Shown here: positions 15,183 to 29,372 of the stretch, one piece after another
Layout of the letters: each line of letters opens with the position of its first letter
How positions within the stretch are numbered: the first letter of the stretch is position 1
Notes under the pieces: generated by a model
What the model was told of the DNA's origin: nothing
Seen by the model: only the letters and a program-made list of their open reading frames with translations
Databases searched by the model: none
Translations under genes and position numbers: made by a program
NCBI RefSeq assembly: GCF_009914755.1
Contig: NC_060947.1
Reading direction: 5' to 3' (one strand)
Origin: the human T2T-CHM13v2.0 reference genome, Homo sapiens
DNA length: 64,000 bases

Positions 15183-16229
15183 AGAAGAGGAAGAAAAAAT
15201 GTTTCCTTTGTTTTTGTGCATTAAAAGCCCATAGGCAAGAAAATATACAGTTAATTTCTCAATTAGGCTACCCTGCCCATCTGGTTTCATGGTTGAGAGA
15301 CAAATGCTAATGAATCCTTTGGTACATCAATTAACTCTGCTTTGCTTCAAGGTCATGGATTAGGTCCCTACATCGAGTCAGTCACCTTGAAAACAAATGA
15401 TACTGCGAACAAGGACAACCAGACATCCCTCACACCCCGCCAAATAGAATGTCTCGGTGTAAATCCTTTACTACTGGCAAATGATCTACTAAAGAGACAT
15501 CTTCTGTGCCTAAAAATGGGCAGCCCATAAACATTTACAGTGATAGGAGAAGGAAATTATTTTCTTTTTTCTTTTCAAATAAATCATTTGCACATTACCA
15601 CTCTATTGAACTCATTTATAGAAAACAAGATCGCGTTTTTGTTTTGTTTTGTTTTGTTTTTGTTTAATGAGGAACAAACCATGTTACTGTTAAAATGCAA
15701 CATTATTTGTCTTGGCAACTACATTTGGATAAATCTTTATGGAGGCTCTATTGTTTGGTTTTCTATCATTGCTATACTTTTTAAAAATGTGCTCGTGAAC
15801 GGTTAGCAATTGCCTATCACAGTGAACTTTTCCTTTGGGAACTGGGGATTTCTGACACACAGAACTGCATTTCCTTTATATTGTGTTACAAATACTTGAT
15901 AATTCAAACCAAATTCCAGGTTAGTCTTAGTAAAAGACATGCCCAACAAATGGCTAGTTTCTAAAATTCATAGGTGATATATTTGCATCTGGAGTTGGTA
16001 GAGGAAGATGTAAGAGCAAATCTTGCATGAAGAATAGTTTAGAGAAAGCTTGATTTAGTTATATCCTTTCTTGTTCCAAATAACATTTAAACTAAGTAAG
16101 CAAGCTTTGTACAATCTACTAAGGATTTTTCTTAAGAAATGAGTCAGAAAATAATTTGCTAATAACTTTAAATATATTGTGAACAAGAAGCATGGCTCAA
16201 TTAATTCCCAGATCTTACTTTGAAAAATG

Positions 16230-16370
16230 GAATTTCCTGAGAGACTTGTTAGAAATATAGATTCCCAGGGCTACCTTTAAGAATTTGAGTAAGTCTGGGG
16301 TGACACTCCAGAATCTGCATTTTAAACAATGCCCCCATGTGAAACGGATACAACTGGACCTACTAACCTA
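16230..16370. mobile_element. MER5-type hAT-Charlie MITE fragment
   Basis: cttgttagaaatatagattcccaggg...ccagaatctgcattttaaacaa. Confidence 0.6.
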
Positions 16371-16419
16371 CATAAAATTTTATTTTTAGTTTTTAGCAAT
16401 TTAATAGAAAACTCTTACT

Positions 16420-16580
16420 CTATGTAAAGCAAGTATTAACTCATTAAATCCTCATAACTAACTAATAATGTAGGGATATTGTTCCCAGTCTACAGATGAC
16501 AAAGCTAAACCACAGAGAGGTCAAGTAACTTGTCCAAGGGCCCGCAGCTGAACCCAGGCAATGTGGCTCCAGAGTCTGTA
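16420..16580 (-). mobile_element. MIR SINE
   Basis: aactcattaaatcctcataac...tacagatgacaaagctaaaccacagagaggtcaagtaacttgtccaagg. Confidence 0.75.
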
Positions 16581-18689
16581 TTTGGTTGACTTTTAAGAGA
16601 CTTAATCACACATACATAAAAATAAACTATATAAAATTAAATCAGCATGTCGAGAAGAACAAAAATAAAATATATAAAATCATTGAACTGTAGGATCAAT
16701 GACCAAAAGTCTAGAGGTTGTCAGCTTCCCTCTTTCTCAGACCTTTGTAGCTGGAGTTACTATAGACACAATGCTACCAAATTTCTGAGACAAAGTGGCC
16801 ATACAGTATCAAGTGGTACCACCAAGTCTTACCAAAAGTGCTACTCAATTGTTGGCCATTACAATTCCCATAATTACCATTGTGGCAATCATCCTTATCC
16901 TTTGAATTCTCCACTGGGACTGCCTGGAGCTCTTCTGTGATCCACACTTGGCTGGCATTGTCCTAGCCATTGACACCTCTTGCCAACTTTGTCCCTGAGT
17001 GGTGGGTGTCATTTCCCATAATCCCATAACTACTGCCTGGGGTCCTTCTCTAAGGGACTCATCATCTACCACCACAAAGTCTGTCCTTCTAGTGTCTAAC
17101 ACTCTGACCCTGCAGCCAGACTACATTCCTCTGGCCACAACCATGGTCCAGAACCAAACCCACATCTTTTTTAGACTTGACATCCTCAACCTCACACTAG
17201 CCCAATGCCTCAGAGCACTCAAATTCAGAAATAAGTTACGCTGCTCCACAAGGATGCTTTATGGGGGTATTTCACACCCGAATATCTGGAATATGTTGAT
17301 ATATAACTATACTTACTTGTTATCAGATCTAACATGACCCTTTCCTTCTCTGAAAATAAAAAAAGCCAAAATGAAACTTTAAATTTTTAAATTTACATAT
17401 AAATAATTTATGATGCCTTTGAATTAGACATTTTCAACTTTTGCCTTAAACAGATGGGGTCTGTCGGATCCCATAATTTTGTTTCAGAAGTTTAACTTCA
17501 TGAATTGACTTTATATGAAATATTTATAAACATCAGAGATGTGGTATAGAAGATAGACTCATTAAGGTCCTTTTTTTTTTTAGCTCATCAAGAGGTGCTT
17601 TAGAAAACTAGGACTTGTTCTTAGCTGCACATGGAGTATGAAAAGGTATAAGGCTAAATGTTTTATTCCTCAACATGTGGGTCATATATAATCAATTTGA
17701 TATTGTGTTTCCTTGGTTTTATTGCTTAATTGTATTTATATATCATGGAAGGCAGCAGAAAGAAAACATGTCAATTAGCCATTCTCACAAAAAAAATTTG
17801 AAGAGAAAGATGATCTGTCAAGGTACCATGGCATGGTGGAAAATATTATTGTCAATGGAGTCAGAGAGATCAGGGCAAAAATTCAAGTTTGCAACTTCGA
17901 AAGTTTTTAGCTTTTCAGAACCAAGTACAAGTTAATGACCTTATTGCCATACTATAAATAATTCCCAGTAGAGAAGCTGGCAAATAGGCCTCACTGAAGA
18001 AAGTTAACTGGTTTCTTAAAACTGTGCTTTGAACCATAGAAAAAAATGGGAGCAGGTACATACGGACCCTACCGTGTGCCTTTTCCAAATGTCTAAATTT
18101 TGTATTATGTTATTATATTAAGTTATTTGGGGATCTAATAAGCTGGATTGGGTCATTTTAGTATTTGAGATCGTGTTAGGCGAGCAAAAGGGAGAGTAAT
18201 TGTGCTGTGGATGTGAAATGAAAGGGTCAGATTAGTTCAAGTCATCTCTCATTTGCTGGTATACTCCATCAAGAGGTTAGGAGATGACAAGTTGCCATGG
18301 GTGTGAATCTCCAATTGAACCAATTAACTCCACCTAATTCAGAGCCTCAGATGTGGGTAATGGAGGTATAGCAGAAATACTGAACTGATTACATTGAAGA
18401 GGTCACCAAGGGAAGACTGCAGGGGAAAATTTATCCTGCAAGCGGAAATCCACAACAAAAACAAGGAACCTGATGACAAGTCGACCTGGAAGACTCAAGT
18501 TCTTACAGTAATTTTGAGTTTTAAGTTCTCCCTCAAGCTCATGACTTTTCACTTCATTTAAGTCTACTCAAGTAACTGAGGTTTTGTCAAAGGTCACCAG
18601 TGAAACCTTGGTCACCAAACTCAAAAGCTTCGTTTCAATACTTTTCCTCTCTCAATTCAGCGGGGCTTGCCTCTGCTAGACACGTCTTC

Positions 18690-19600
18690 CTTCAGAAGCA
18701 TTCCCTTGATTCTACGACAAGTTTTTACTGTAAGTTCCCACTTCCTTTTTTGTCCCTTTCTTACTTGTTTTATTCCCTTCTTTTCACCTCTTCAGGTTTC
18801 TAAATGAGGGCACATCTCACAGCTTAGTTTTTGGCTCTCTTTTATTAATATTTACTAGCTTTTAGTTAGTACATTTACACCTTTGGCTGCTACTTTTCTA
18901 TTTCAAATGTTAACTCTGAAGCATGGTTGAAATTTCTAAACTCCTTATACACATCTCTAACAGATGTCCCACTGGCTCCTGAAACTTTGCATCCTGCCTG
19001 TATTAGTTGGTTCTCATACTGTTATAAAGAACTACCTAAGACTGGGTAATTTATAAAGAAAAAAGGTTTAATTGACTCACAGTTCTGTGGACTGTGCAGG
19101 CTTCTACTTCTGGGAAGGCCTCAGGAAACTTACCTGAGAAGAGAAGACAAGGGAAGCAAACACCTTCTTCACATGGAGGCAGGAGAGAGAGCAAAGGGAG
19201 AAGTGCCACACATTTTTAAACCATCATATCTCGTGAGAACTCAGTCACTGTCATAAGAATAGCAAGGGGGGAAACTTCCTCATGATCCAATCACCTCCCA
19301 CGAGGCCCCTCCTCCAATTCGACATGAGATTTGAGCAAGAATACAAATCCAAACCATATCACCGCCACTCTTCTTATATTCTCTAACCCATGCTCCCAAA
19401 TTCCCCAACACAGCTCCTCTCACTCAAGTTGCCCAGGTTCCCAAACTTGGAATCACCTGGGACGTTGCCTTGTCTTTCACCCTCTTACCTTAAGAGGTGC
19501 TAATTACTACAGATTCTGCCCGCCAAAATCATCTAGGTCTGTGCCATTCATCTGATCCTTCCATAGACGCTCTGTGTTAACATTACATCATGCCTGGAGC
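18690..19600 (+). mobile_element. L2 fragments split by an MSTA LTR
   Basis: Pyrimidine-rich L2-like sequence on both sides (cagatgtcccactggctcctgaaact; ccaaacttggaatcacctgg). Confidence 0.5.
18999..19361 (-). mobile_element. MaLR solo LTR (MSTA-like)
   Basis: TGTATTAG...gactgggtaatttataaagaaaaaaggtttaattgactcacagttc...CCAAACCATATCA. TSD CTGCC/CCGCC. Confidence 0.88.
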
Positions 19601-19929
19601 TAACACATCCCAAGAGAAATACAGGCCAAATGTACTGGGAGTCCAGAGGAGATTATTAATTCTTAAATGGACCATTCATGTATCTGTTCCAGATGATAAA
19701 AGGCAAAAAACACTGAATGATTACCAATCCAAGGAAAGTCACCCAAAAGTGTACTGAAAGACTAAAACGAATGTTGTGTCTTAAATAGAAGCTAATTGTT
19801 GTAGAAAGAATGATCTTTACAAATAACAGGGCTCTTTTAAAAACAGACAGAGCAAAAGTTTCTTCCCTCCCCTAATCAGTCAATGGATGGTAATGATATG
19901 ATGGCAACATAAGAACATAAATCCATTTT

Positions 19930-20095
19930 TCCAGGTGGTTTTTATGGACCTTCTGAATCAGAATCATCTGGGGTAGCTGTTAAAATGCTGTTTCCCAGGT
20001 TTCATCCTGTACTCTTCTTTTGTAGTGCCCTGGGACATCCTTTTAAAACAAGTTATCCCTATGATTCTTATGTACATTAAAGCTTAAACGCCACT
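19930..20095. mobile_element. MER5-type MITE
   Basis: atcagaatcatctggggtagctgttaaaatgc...atgattcttatgtacattaaagctt. Confidence 0.55.
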
Positions 20096-20978
20096 AAAAA
20101 ATAAGCAAGAGAAAAGGTCAATTACATCAAAATATGATAAATTACATTTTTTATACTTGTCTCTAGTTTTCAAACTTTATAGTTATATCAGAAAAAATAA
20201 TGAGTAATTTTAAAGTTTCTAGTCTCTCTCTGGATTTTCACTATATATATCAGAGAATAACTCACAGATAAGTTCTTTTAAATAATTAAGAAGATTCTGT
20301 AAAAGGAGAAGATATTTGAAGCAGAACTTTTCCATACATTTTCAAAACTACTGTTAAACTCAAGAGTGACCTAAATAATCTAATGTTTTTTTAATTGAAA
20401 AAGTTTTTAAAATTCCAGATATGTAGGAAAAAGATAATAAAATTATGATACTATTGTTCTTTTTTCAAAACTCAAGTTCTCTTGCTAATTGTTAAGGATA
20501 CTGATTTATTTGAAACACAACATGTTTCTGCTTCATAACAACATGTGTATTATTTTACATTTTTATTGGCAACTTTCACTGTACCCTGGTGATTTCTAGA
20601 AATCCGCATACTTCCCTGCTGCTAAAAGTTTCCAAAAAATAATAAACAAATGATTATTAACTCTTGATATTTTTATTCTATGATCATGTACTTTATAAGA
20701 AGCACTTGAAAAAGTGGAGCTATTAACTTTAGGGAAAATAGGGTCCATATACCAGATCTCAACTGCAGGGATATTTTGTTAGGTAGACAGACCATCAAGA
20801 GTAGATAGAAAAACACCCACCACAAGTGTATTATTCCCAAGAAAGAGTGTCAGCATTTGGACTTCCTTCCGTTAGCACTAAACACACTCCTAACTTTTCA
20901 CCTCATGAAAGGAATGTCCCCTGCTCATAGTGAAGTTGCTATCATGGCCAGTGTTGCTTTTTGCACAAGTGTCTAGCT

Positions 20979-21191
20979 CAGTGGTTCTCAACTGGGGGTG
21001 TTTTGAGCCCCCAGGTGACATTTTGTAGTATCTAGGTTTATGTTTAATTGTCACATCTTGGGAAAGCTACTGACATCTAGTGGGTAGAGCCCAGGGATGC
21101 TGCTAAACATCCTACAAAGCACAGGACAGCCTCCCACGACAAAGAAATTTAAAGTCCAAAATGTCAATAGTGCCAAGGTTGAGAAACCCTG
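20979..21191 (+). mobile_element. MER20 (hAT-Charlie)
   Basis: TIRs CAGTGGTTCTCAAC...GTTGAGAAACCCTG; internal gacatctagtgggtagag...gatgctgctaaacatcctaca. Confidence 0.88.
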
Positions 21192-21399
21192 GGCTGAACT
21201 CAGAGTTCCATAAATTAGTGCCTATTTCCATAAATTTTTAGGTCTGTCAGTTCCTGCTTCCTGACTTTCTACCCTAATCATCTGAAGCTTCAGAGTTTTT
21301 CATATCACCATATTAATGGTGACTGATCTTTTTGATACCTCTCTTGACCCATATCCTCACCCCGATCCTTGACCTAACCCTGTCCATCCGGCAGTTTTG

Positions 21400-21575
21400 A
21401 TCCTTCTTTATCATCTGAAACCTCTATTCAGATTATTTGCCATAGAATTGTCTGTCCCTCTCTCACACAAGAATAATCTTCTTGAGTGTGAGAACTCTTA
21501 CCTTAGTCTCCCCAGCATCCATCATGGTGCCTCAAACATAACAGGTGCTCAATGAATACTTGTCAAACTAATGAA
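21400..21575 (+). mobile_element. L2 3' end
   Basis: gtgcctcaaacataacaggtgctcaatgaatacttg. Confidence 0.6.
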
Positions 21576-21999
21576 ATAAGACTTGCATTGTACCAAACAC
21601 TGATGATGACTCACATAACATAAAACATAACCATTTCCTTCAAGTACTTACATTTTTGGGTGAAGGTACACACCAGAAAAGATAGCTAGCACTGTAAAAC
21701 AGTGCTTAATGAGTAACAGATGTATAATTCAGACAATAATTACTATAAAAGATTTCTGGTGAGTGTGAGTTCCCTTAGAATGCAGGGAAGCAGAGAGTGC
21801 CTCATCGAATCGAAAACTGAAATATACTTGAAAGGATGAGGATGCTTTGTATAAGCTAGGAAATGTGGGGAGGCCATTCCAGCCTGGTGAGATGAGGGTG
21901 GAAAGTAGAGCATAAGCAAAGCTTGTCTTTGTAGAAGAATTTTGCCACATAGAACCATGGCATCTAAAAGCATGTTCATGGGGTCCTCTTTTGTACTTC

Positions 22000-22326
22000 T
22001 CACATAGTATTCCAAGAAGGGGGAGCATACAGAAAAGCAGTGGTAGAAGCCCAGATGTCATCCATTACCCTAGATCACACTCCCTCCCTGGAAGGAGCTC
22101 AAATCCAGTGACTGTCAAATAGAGAGGGATCCAAAAGCCTGGCCCCCTTGCCTCAAGGCAGGACAACTTTGAAGAGCCATCCCAGTGCTAAAGCTTCCTG
22201 ACCCATGACCATTTTAACTCCTCCCTCTTTCTCATCCTTCCATCCATTGAGCATTCTCCAATAAATTACTTGCATGCAAATTTCCATTTTAGAGTCTGTT
22301 TCCTAGAGAACCCAACCAAAGGCCAC
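22000..22326 (+). mobile_element. ERVL solo LTR (LTR16-like)
   Basis: 3' end aataaattacttgcatgcaaatttccattttagagtctgtttcctagagaacccaacc. Confidence 0.6.
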
Positions 22327-22769
22327 AGGATGGGAAAAACAACCTATGCTGATGGCAGTTAGAAAGCTTGTGGCCTGACAGCTTTTAAAACTGTCCCTCT
22401 TGCACACTCAGCAGTTCAGGCCATTGTAAGTAGGTAAGGAGTAACTGGTCAACCTTTTCGCTTACTCTACAGTATCTCACTTCACTCCCCACTGACCCCT
22501 CATATCCCTAGGAATTTTCCCCACCCACCCTTTAACAAGACCTTCTCTGAAAGCCTTCATCATGGGGGCTAAATGACTCATGATACTTTATTCTCACCTA
22601 ACAGGAATTAAGGTTGTCATTCAACCTTGATTCAAACTGGATAAAAGAATCAGCTTGCCATTAGAGACTACTTGGGGAACATGAGGGACCTTTATGGTGC
22701 CATACCACAGTGAACTACATGGTATCAGAGACGATGCTATGAACTCACCAAACCCCATTTTCTTTTTTG

Positions 22770-23140
22770 TCCTCCTAGGAGAACAAAACATGTCCTCAAT
22801 GTTATAGATTTCCCAGCCTTCTCTGTGATGCAACTAGGCCATACGACTGAATTCCGAGACCCACATAATGTGGGTAGAAGTGATGCCTGCCACTTCTAGG
22901 CCTGTTCCCTTACCGCGTCCCCACCCCCGACCCCCCATACACAATTCTTCATGCTCCTTTTTACTTTTTCTACCATTTGTTTGTAGTTAATCCAGTTGAA
23001 TCCTAAGGTCTCAGGGCATGGAGCCATAACATGAATGGAGCCTGAGCCCCTGAATGGCTGAATGCAATAGAGCCTTTCTCTACACCATAACAACCATGCT
23101 TGGGCTATGCCAGAGATATTTTCATGTCACCTGGATCCTA
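22770..23140 (+). mobile_element. Old MaLR LTR (MLT1I/J-like)
   Basis: ggccatacgactgaattcc...atgtgggtagaagtgatg...ggagcctgagcccctgaatg. Confidence 0.55.
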
Positions 23141-24016
23141 GAAAATTCAAGAAAAAGAAAAGACTTCTTTGCCATTATAGGTATAGCAAGTGGAGATAAT
23201 GTAATCAAAGGCATAATCACTTACAAACCAACAAACAACTGGCATCCTATATTTAGCTATGGAAGATATAAATGGATCATGTAATTATATTCACCCATAC
23301 ATATTACACACCATTGCTTGTGTGTTAATGTGCTTAAATTTTGTTTCAAAAACAAAATATCCTACTGTGATGCTCTGAGTAAACAGATTCTTAGCAAAAT
23401 TAATGAACAATGCCTGAAAAGAGAAAACTTGAGGAAAATGAACCAAGATTTTCCCTGAAAAGTGAAAAATAGGAAAAGATATAAGGTTGGTTGGATAAAT
23501 ATAGAAATTACACGAACTAGACATTTAAGAAGTGTGTTATTTTAAAGGTCAAAATAAACAAAGCATGATATATATTAACTCACTATTACCATGCTTTCTA
23601 GATGTCTATAGTCCATACTTGGAAAAGAAAATAGCCAAGTGAAAACAGGATGACTTGCTTTTCTCTTTTAAGCAATTATTCTTTTCTGTGGAAGGATTTA
23701 GCTATGCTTCAATTCTCTGGAGGGACTCTATTTAAAAAAAAACAATTTATATTGTTATACTTGAAACTATCTTCACAAAGGGCTCAAATTTGAAGTAGTA
23801 GAAAACTTTGGTTTCAAACCTATAAATGCAACTAATTTTATTCTATTCTAAATTTTATTATCAAGGAGCACATTGCATATTTTAAGTCATTCTGGAAGGA
23901 GGTTTCCAAAAAATCTTTCTGTTCATAGGAGAATTTGCTAAACAGCAACACTTTCAGCCACTCACTAATATCTGAGCACCTCCTACACTCATTAGTGATT
24001 CAATCCACTGTGTGTT

Positions 24017-24018
<2 letters not shown>

Positions 24019-24052
<34 letters not shown>
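24019..24052. repeat. (TG)17 microsatellite
   Basis: Read directly from the sequence. Confidence 0.95.
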
Positions 24053-24059
<7 letters not shown>

Positions 24060-24100
24060 TTCTCATCATTTTGCTGCATTGGAGGCAGTTTTATGCCTCC

Positions 24101-27100
24101 AATTTTTAATTTTTAATTTTTTTGCATACATAGTAGGTATATATATTTATGGGGTACATTAGTCATTTTGATATAGTCATACAACGTATAATAATTACAT
24201 CTGGGTAAATGGAGTATGCATCACCTCAAACATTTATCCTTTCTTTGTGTTACAAACAGTCCAATTATACTATTTTAGTTATTTTTAAATGTATAATATA
24301 TTCTTGTTGACTGTAGTCACCCTGTTGTGTTATCAAATACTAGATCTTATTCCTTCTATCTAACCATACTTTTATACCTATTAATCTTCCCCTACTTGCC
24401 CCTCCACCCACCCACCCACTACCCTTCCCAGCCTCTGGTAACCATCATTCTACTCTCTATCTTCATGACTTCAATGGTTTTAATTTCCAGCTTTCATAAG
24501 TAATTGAGAGCATGAGTTTGTCTTTCTGTGCCTGGCTTATTTCACTTAACATAATGACCTTCAATTCCAACCACATTGTTGCAAATGACAGGATCTCATT
24601 CATTTTCATAGCTGAAGAGTAGTCTATTGTGTATATGTGCCACATTTTCTTTATTTACTCGACTGTTGATGGACACTTAGGTTGCTTCCAAATCTTGGCT
24701 ATTGTAAACAGTGCTGCAATAAACATGGGAGCATAGGTATCTCTTTGATATACTGATTTCCCTTCTTTGGGGGTATATACCCAGTAGTGGGATTGCTGGA
24801 TCATATGGTAGCTCTATTTTTAGTTTTCTGAGGAACCTACAAACTGTTCTCCATAGTGGTTGTACTAATTTACATTCTCACCAACAGTGTATGAGGGTTC
24901 CCCTTTCTCCACATTCTCACCAGCATTTGTTACTACCTTACTTTTGGATAAAAACCATTTTACATGGGGTGAGAGAATATCTCATTGTAGTTTTGATTTG
25001 CATTTCTGTGATGATCAATGATGTTGGGCACCTTTTCATATACCTGTTTGCCATTTGTGTGTCATATTTTGAGAAATGGTTCTTTAAATATTTTGACCAT
25101 ATAGAGTTGTGTGAGCTCCTTATATATTCTGGTTATTAATCCCTTGTTAGATGGATCATTTGCAAATATTTTCTCCCATTCTGTGGGTTGTCGCTCCAAT
25201 TTACCAGTTGTTTCCTTTGCTGTGCAGAAGGTTTTTGACTTGATGTGATCTCATTGTCCATTTTTGCTTTGGTTGCTTGTGCTTGTGGTGTATTAATCAA
25301 GAAATTTTTAGCCAGACCAATGTCCTGGAGAGTTTCCCCAGTGTTTTCTTTTTTATTCTTATTTGCTTTTTTCTTTTAAGAATTCTACATGCAGGATGGC
25401 CCCCAACATTTTCTTGTAGTAGTTTCATAGTTTGAAATCTTAGATTTAAGTCTTTAATCCAATTTGATTTGATTTTTGTATATGATGAAAGATAGGAATC
25501 AAGTTTCATTCTCTTGCATATGGATATCCAGTTTTCCCAACACCATTTATTGAAGAGACTGCCCTTTCTCCAAGGCATATTCTTAGCACCTTTTTCAAAA
25601 ATGAGTGCACTGTAGGTGTATGTATTTGGTTCTGTGTTCTCTAATCTGTTCAATTGGCCTATGTGTCTGTTTTTATGCCAGTACCATACTGTTTTGGTTA
25701 CTATAGCTCTGTAGTATAATTTGAAGTCAGGTAATGTGATTCCTCCAGTTTTGTTCTTTTTGCTCAGGATAGCTTTGGCTATTCTGGGTCTTTTGTGGTT
25801 CCACATAAATTTTAGGATTGTTTCTCCTATTTCTGTGAAGAATGTCATTGGTATTTTGATAGAGATTGCATTGAATCTGTAGATTGCTTTGGATAATATG
25901 GACATTCTAACAATATTGATTCTTCTAATCCATGAACATGGAGTATCTTTCAATTTTTTTGTGTCCTTTTCCATTTCTTTCATGAGTATTTTATAGTTTT
26001 CATTGTAGATATCTTTCACTTCTTTGGTTAAGTTAATTCCTAAGTATTTTACGTTATTAGTGACTATTGTAAATGGGATTACTTTTCAATTTCTTTTTCA
26101 GATTGTTCACTGTTGGCATTTAGAAATGCTATTGATTTTTGTATGTTGATCTTGTATTCTGTAGCTTTACTGAATTTATCAGTTCTAATAATTTTTGGTC
26201 AAGTCTTTAGGTTTTTCCAAATATAAGGTCATATTATCAGCAAACAATGATAATTTGACTTTTTCCTTTCCAGTTTTGATGCCCTTTATTTCTTTCACTT
26301 CTCTAATTGCCCCAGCGAGAACTTCCAGTACTATGTTGAATAACAGCAGTGAACTGGGTATCCTTGTCATGTTCCAGATCTTAGATGAAAGACTTTTAGT
26401 TTTTCTCCATTAAGTATGATACTAGCTATGGGCTTTTATTATATTGAGGTATGTTCATTCTATACTTAGTTTTTTGAGAGTCATGAAGGGATACTGAATT
26501 TTATCAAATTTTTTCAGCATCAATTGAAACAGTCATACGGTTTTTGTCCTTCATTCTGTTGATACAATGTATCACATTGATTGATTTGAATATGTTGAGC
26601 CATCCTTGCATCCCTGGGGTAAATACCACCTGGTCATGATGAATGATCTTTTTAAGGTATGGTTGAATTTGATTTGCTAGTATTTTGTTGAGGATTTTTG
26701 CATCAATATTCATCAGAGATACTGGCCTGTAGTTTTCTCTTTTTGATGGGTCCTTGTCTGACTTTAGTATCAGAGTAATATTGGTCTGATATAATGAGTT
26801 TGGACATATTCCTCCTCTATTTTTTGAAATAGTTTGTGTAGGGTTGGTAATAGTTCTTCTTTAAATGTTTTGTGGAATTTGGCAGTGAAGCTATTGAGTC
26901 TTGGACTTTCCTTTACTGGGAGACATTTTGTTATGGCTTCAATGTAGTTACTTGTTATTGGTCTGTTCAGGTGTTTTATTTCATCATGGTTCCACTTTGG
27001 TAGTTTGTATGTGTCTACGAACTTACCCATTTCCTCTAGATTTTCCAATTTATTGGCATATAGTTGCTCACAGTAGCCACTGATGATCCTTTGAATTTCT

Positions 27101-29372
27101 GTGGTATCAGTTGTAATATCTCTTTTTTCATCTCTGATTTTATTTTCTCCCTTTTTTTGTTCACTAGTCTGGCTAAAAGTCTGTCAATTTTGTTTATCCT
27201 TTCAAAAAATCAACTTTGTAGTTTGTCGTTATTTTATATTGTTTTCTTCATTTTGAATTCATTTATTTCTGTTCTGATTTTTATTATTCCTTTTCTTGTA
27301 CTAATTTGGGGTCTGGTTTGTTTTTGCTTTTTTAGTTCTTTAAAATGCCTTGCTAGGTTATTTATTTGAAGTTTTTCTTCTTTTTTGATGTAGGCATTTA
27401 TAGCTATAAATTTCCCTCTTACTACTGGTTTTGCTCTATACTATAGGTTTTGCCATGTTGTCTTTCCATTATCACTTGTTTCAAAAATCTTTTCAATTTT
27501 CTTCTTAATTGCTTCATTGACCCACTAGTCATTCAGGAGCATATTGTTTAATTCCCATGTGTTTGTATAGTTTCCAAAATTCCTCTTTTTGTTGATTTCT
27601 AGTTTTATTCCACTGAGGTCAGAGAAGATGCTTGATATTACTTCAGTTCTGTTGAATGTTTTAAGACTTGTTTTGTGACCTAACATATGGTTTATCCTTG
27701 AGAATGATCCATGTGCCAAGGAAAAGAATGTTTATTCTGCAGCCTTTGGATGAAAAGTTCTGTAAATATCTGTTAGGTCCATTTGGGCTATAGTGCAGAT
27801 TAAGTCTGGTATTTCTTTGTTTAGTTTCTGTCTGGATGATAAGTCCAATGCTGAAAATGGGGTGTTGATGTTTCTGGATCTTTTATTGGGTTCTACCTCT
27901 GTCTTTAGTTCTAATAATATTTGCTTTATATATCTGGATGCTCCAGAGTTGGGTGCACATATATTTATAATCTTTATATCTTGTTGCTAGATTGACCCCT
28001 TTATCATTATATGAGGACCTTCTTTGTCTCTTTTTATAGTTTTTTCTTGAAATCTGTATTGTCCAATATAAGTATAGCTCCTCCTGCTCTTTTTTGGTTT
28101 TCACTGACATGGAATATCTTTTTCCATCCCTTTATTTTCAGTCTATGTGTATCTTTACAGGTGAAGTATGTTTCTTATAGGCAACAGATAATGGGATCTT
28201 GTTTCTTCATCCTGCCCAGGGCAGTTCCAGTAATGCTGTCCAAGAGCTAAGGCCTGGACTCAGGGACTCCAAGAGCCTGCTTGTTGCTCTACTGCAAGGT
28301 GACCAAGCTGGTACCTAAGGTGCAAAACAAAGTCCCCTTTACTTGGAGTCTTTCCTTGTAGCCACCACAGCTGGGAACATGCTAGGTCACACCTACAGTC
28401 AGCACATTGCAGTGCCCAAGGCCCACAGTGTACTACCTGATGGTTGCTTTGGGTTATTCATGGCCCAAGTCTCTTTAGTCAGCAGGTAATAAATCCTGCC
28501 AGCACTTTGTCCTTCCCTTCAAGGCAGCTGGTTCACTTTTGGCCCCAAGTGTGTCTAGAAATGTTGTCTGTGTACCAGGGCCTGGAATGGGGTCCTCATG
28601 ACTCTGCCCAGTGCCCTATCCTACTGTGGCTGAACCGGTATCTAAGATGTAAGACAAAGTTCTCTTTACTCTTCACTCTCCTCCCCTTAAGCAAAAGGAA
28701 GGGGACACTTTCATTGCTGCAAGTTTCACTGCCTGGGGTTTGAGGAAAAGTGGTATAAGCAATCCTTTAGCTATCCCAGCTGGTATCTCCCTAGGTCATG
28801 TGCCACCCTAGTCCTCCAGCTCTGAGTCCAGCCCAGGGCTAAGAGTTGCCTAGGAATTGCAGGCCTTTTGCCCTAGACTGCTATCAAGTTTACCTAGGAC
28901 CCCAGAGCACTTTGGCCTGATGTGGCAAGACTTGCCGAGAAACTTGAGTTCAGACCAATAGAATGGGAAATTCCCCTCTGGCTAGGTCTAGTCCAAATGC
29001 TCCCTCCATGCACAGGCAATGGCTGAGCCCAACATGGCTTTGCTCTCTGCTATGACAAGGCAGCACTGAGTTCAATGCAAAGTCCCCCAGACACTGTGCT
29101 CTCCCTCCCCGAAGATCACAGACTCTCTGCACTGCACAGCCACTGGCAGAAGATGGGAGAGTGGTGGTGTTGGTGATCCAAGACTGTCTCTCTGACCCTC
29201 TTCAATGCCTCTTTCAATGATATGAAGTCAAAACCAGGTACTGTGATTGCCCACTTGATTTTTTGGTTCTTGCAATGGTTCTTTTCTGTGTGCAGATAGT
29301 TGTTAAAATTTGATGTTTCTGGTGGGGTACAAACCATGTAGACTACGATTCTGCCATCTTGCTCCACCCCCT
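24101..29372 (-). mobile_element. L1MA-type element: 3'UTR + ORF2 joined at ~28212 directly to a 5'UTR (ORF1 absent)
   Basis: L1MA-like 3' end (tagtaggtatatatatttatggggtaca). ORF2 peptides at 25297-26019, 26504-26713 and 26770-27048. 5' terminus GGGGGTGGAGCAAGATGGCAG at ~29352-29372. Confidence 0.88.
25351..25400 (-). mobile_element. 50-bp retro-insertion (short unique tag + degraded poly-A) inside L1MA ORF2
   Basis: Flanked by CCCCAGTGTTTTCTT (25336-25350) and CCCCAACATTTTCTT (25401-25415). Minus strand reads GCCATCCTGCATGTAGAATTCTT followed by an A-rich tail. Confidence 0.7.
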
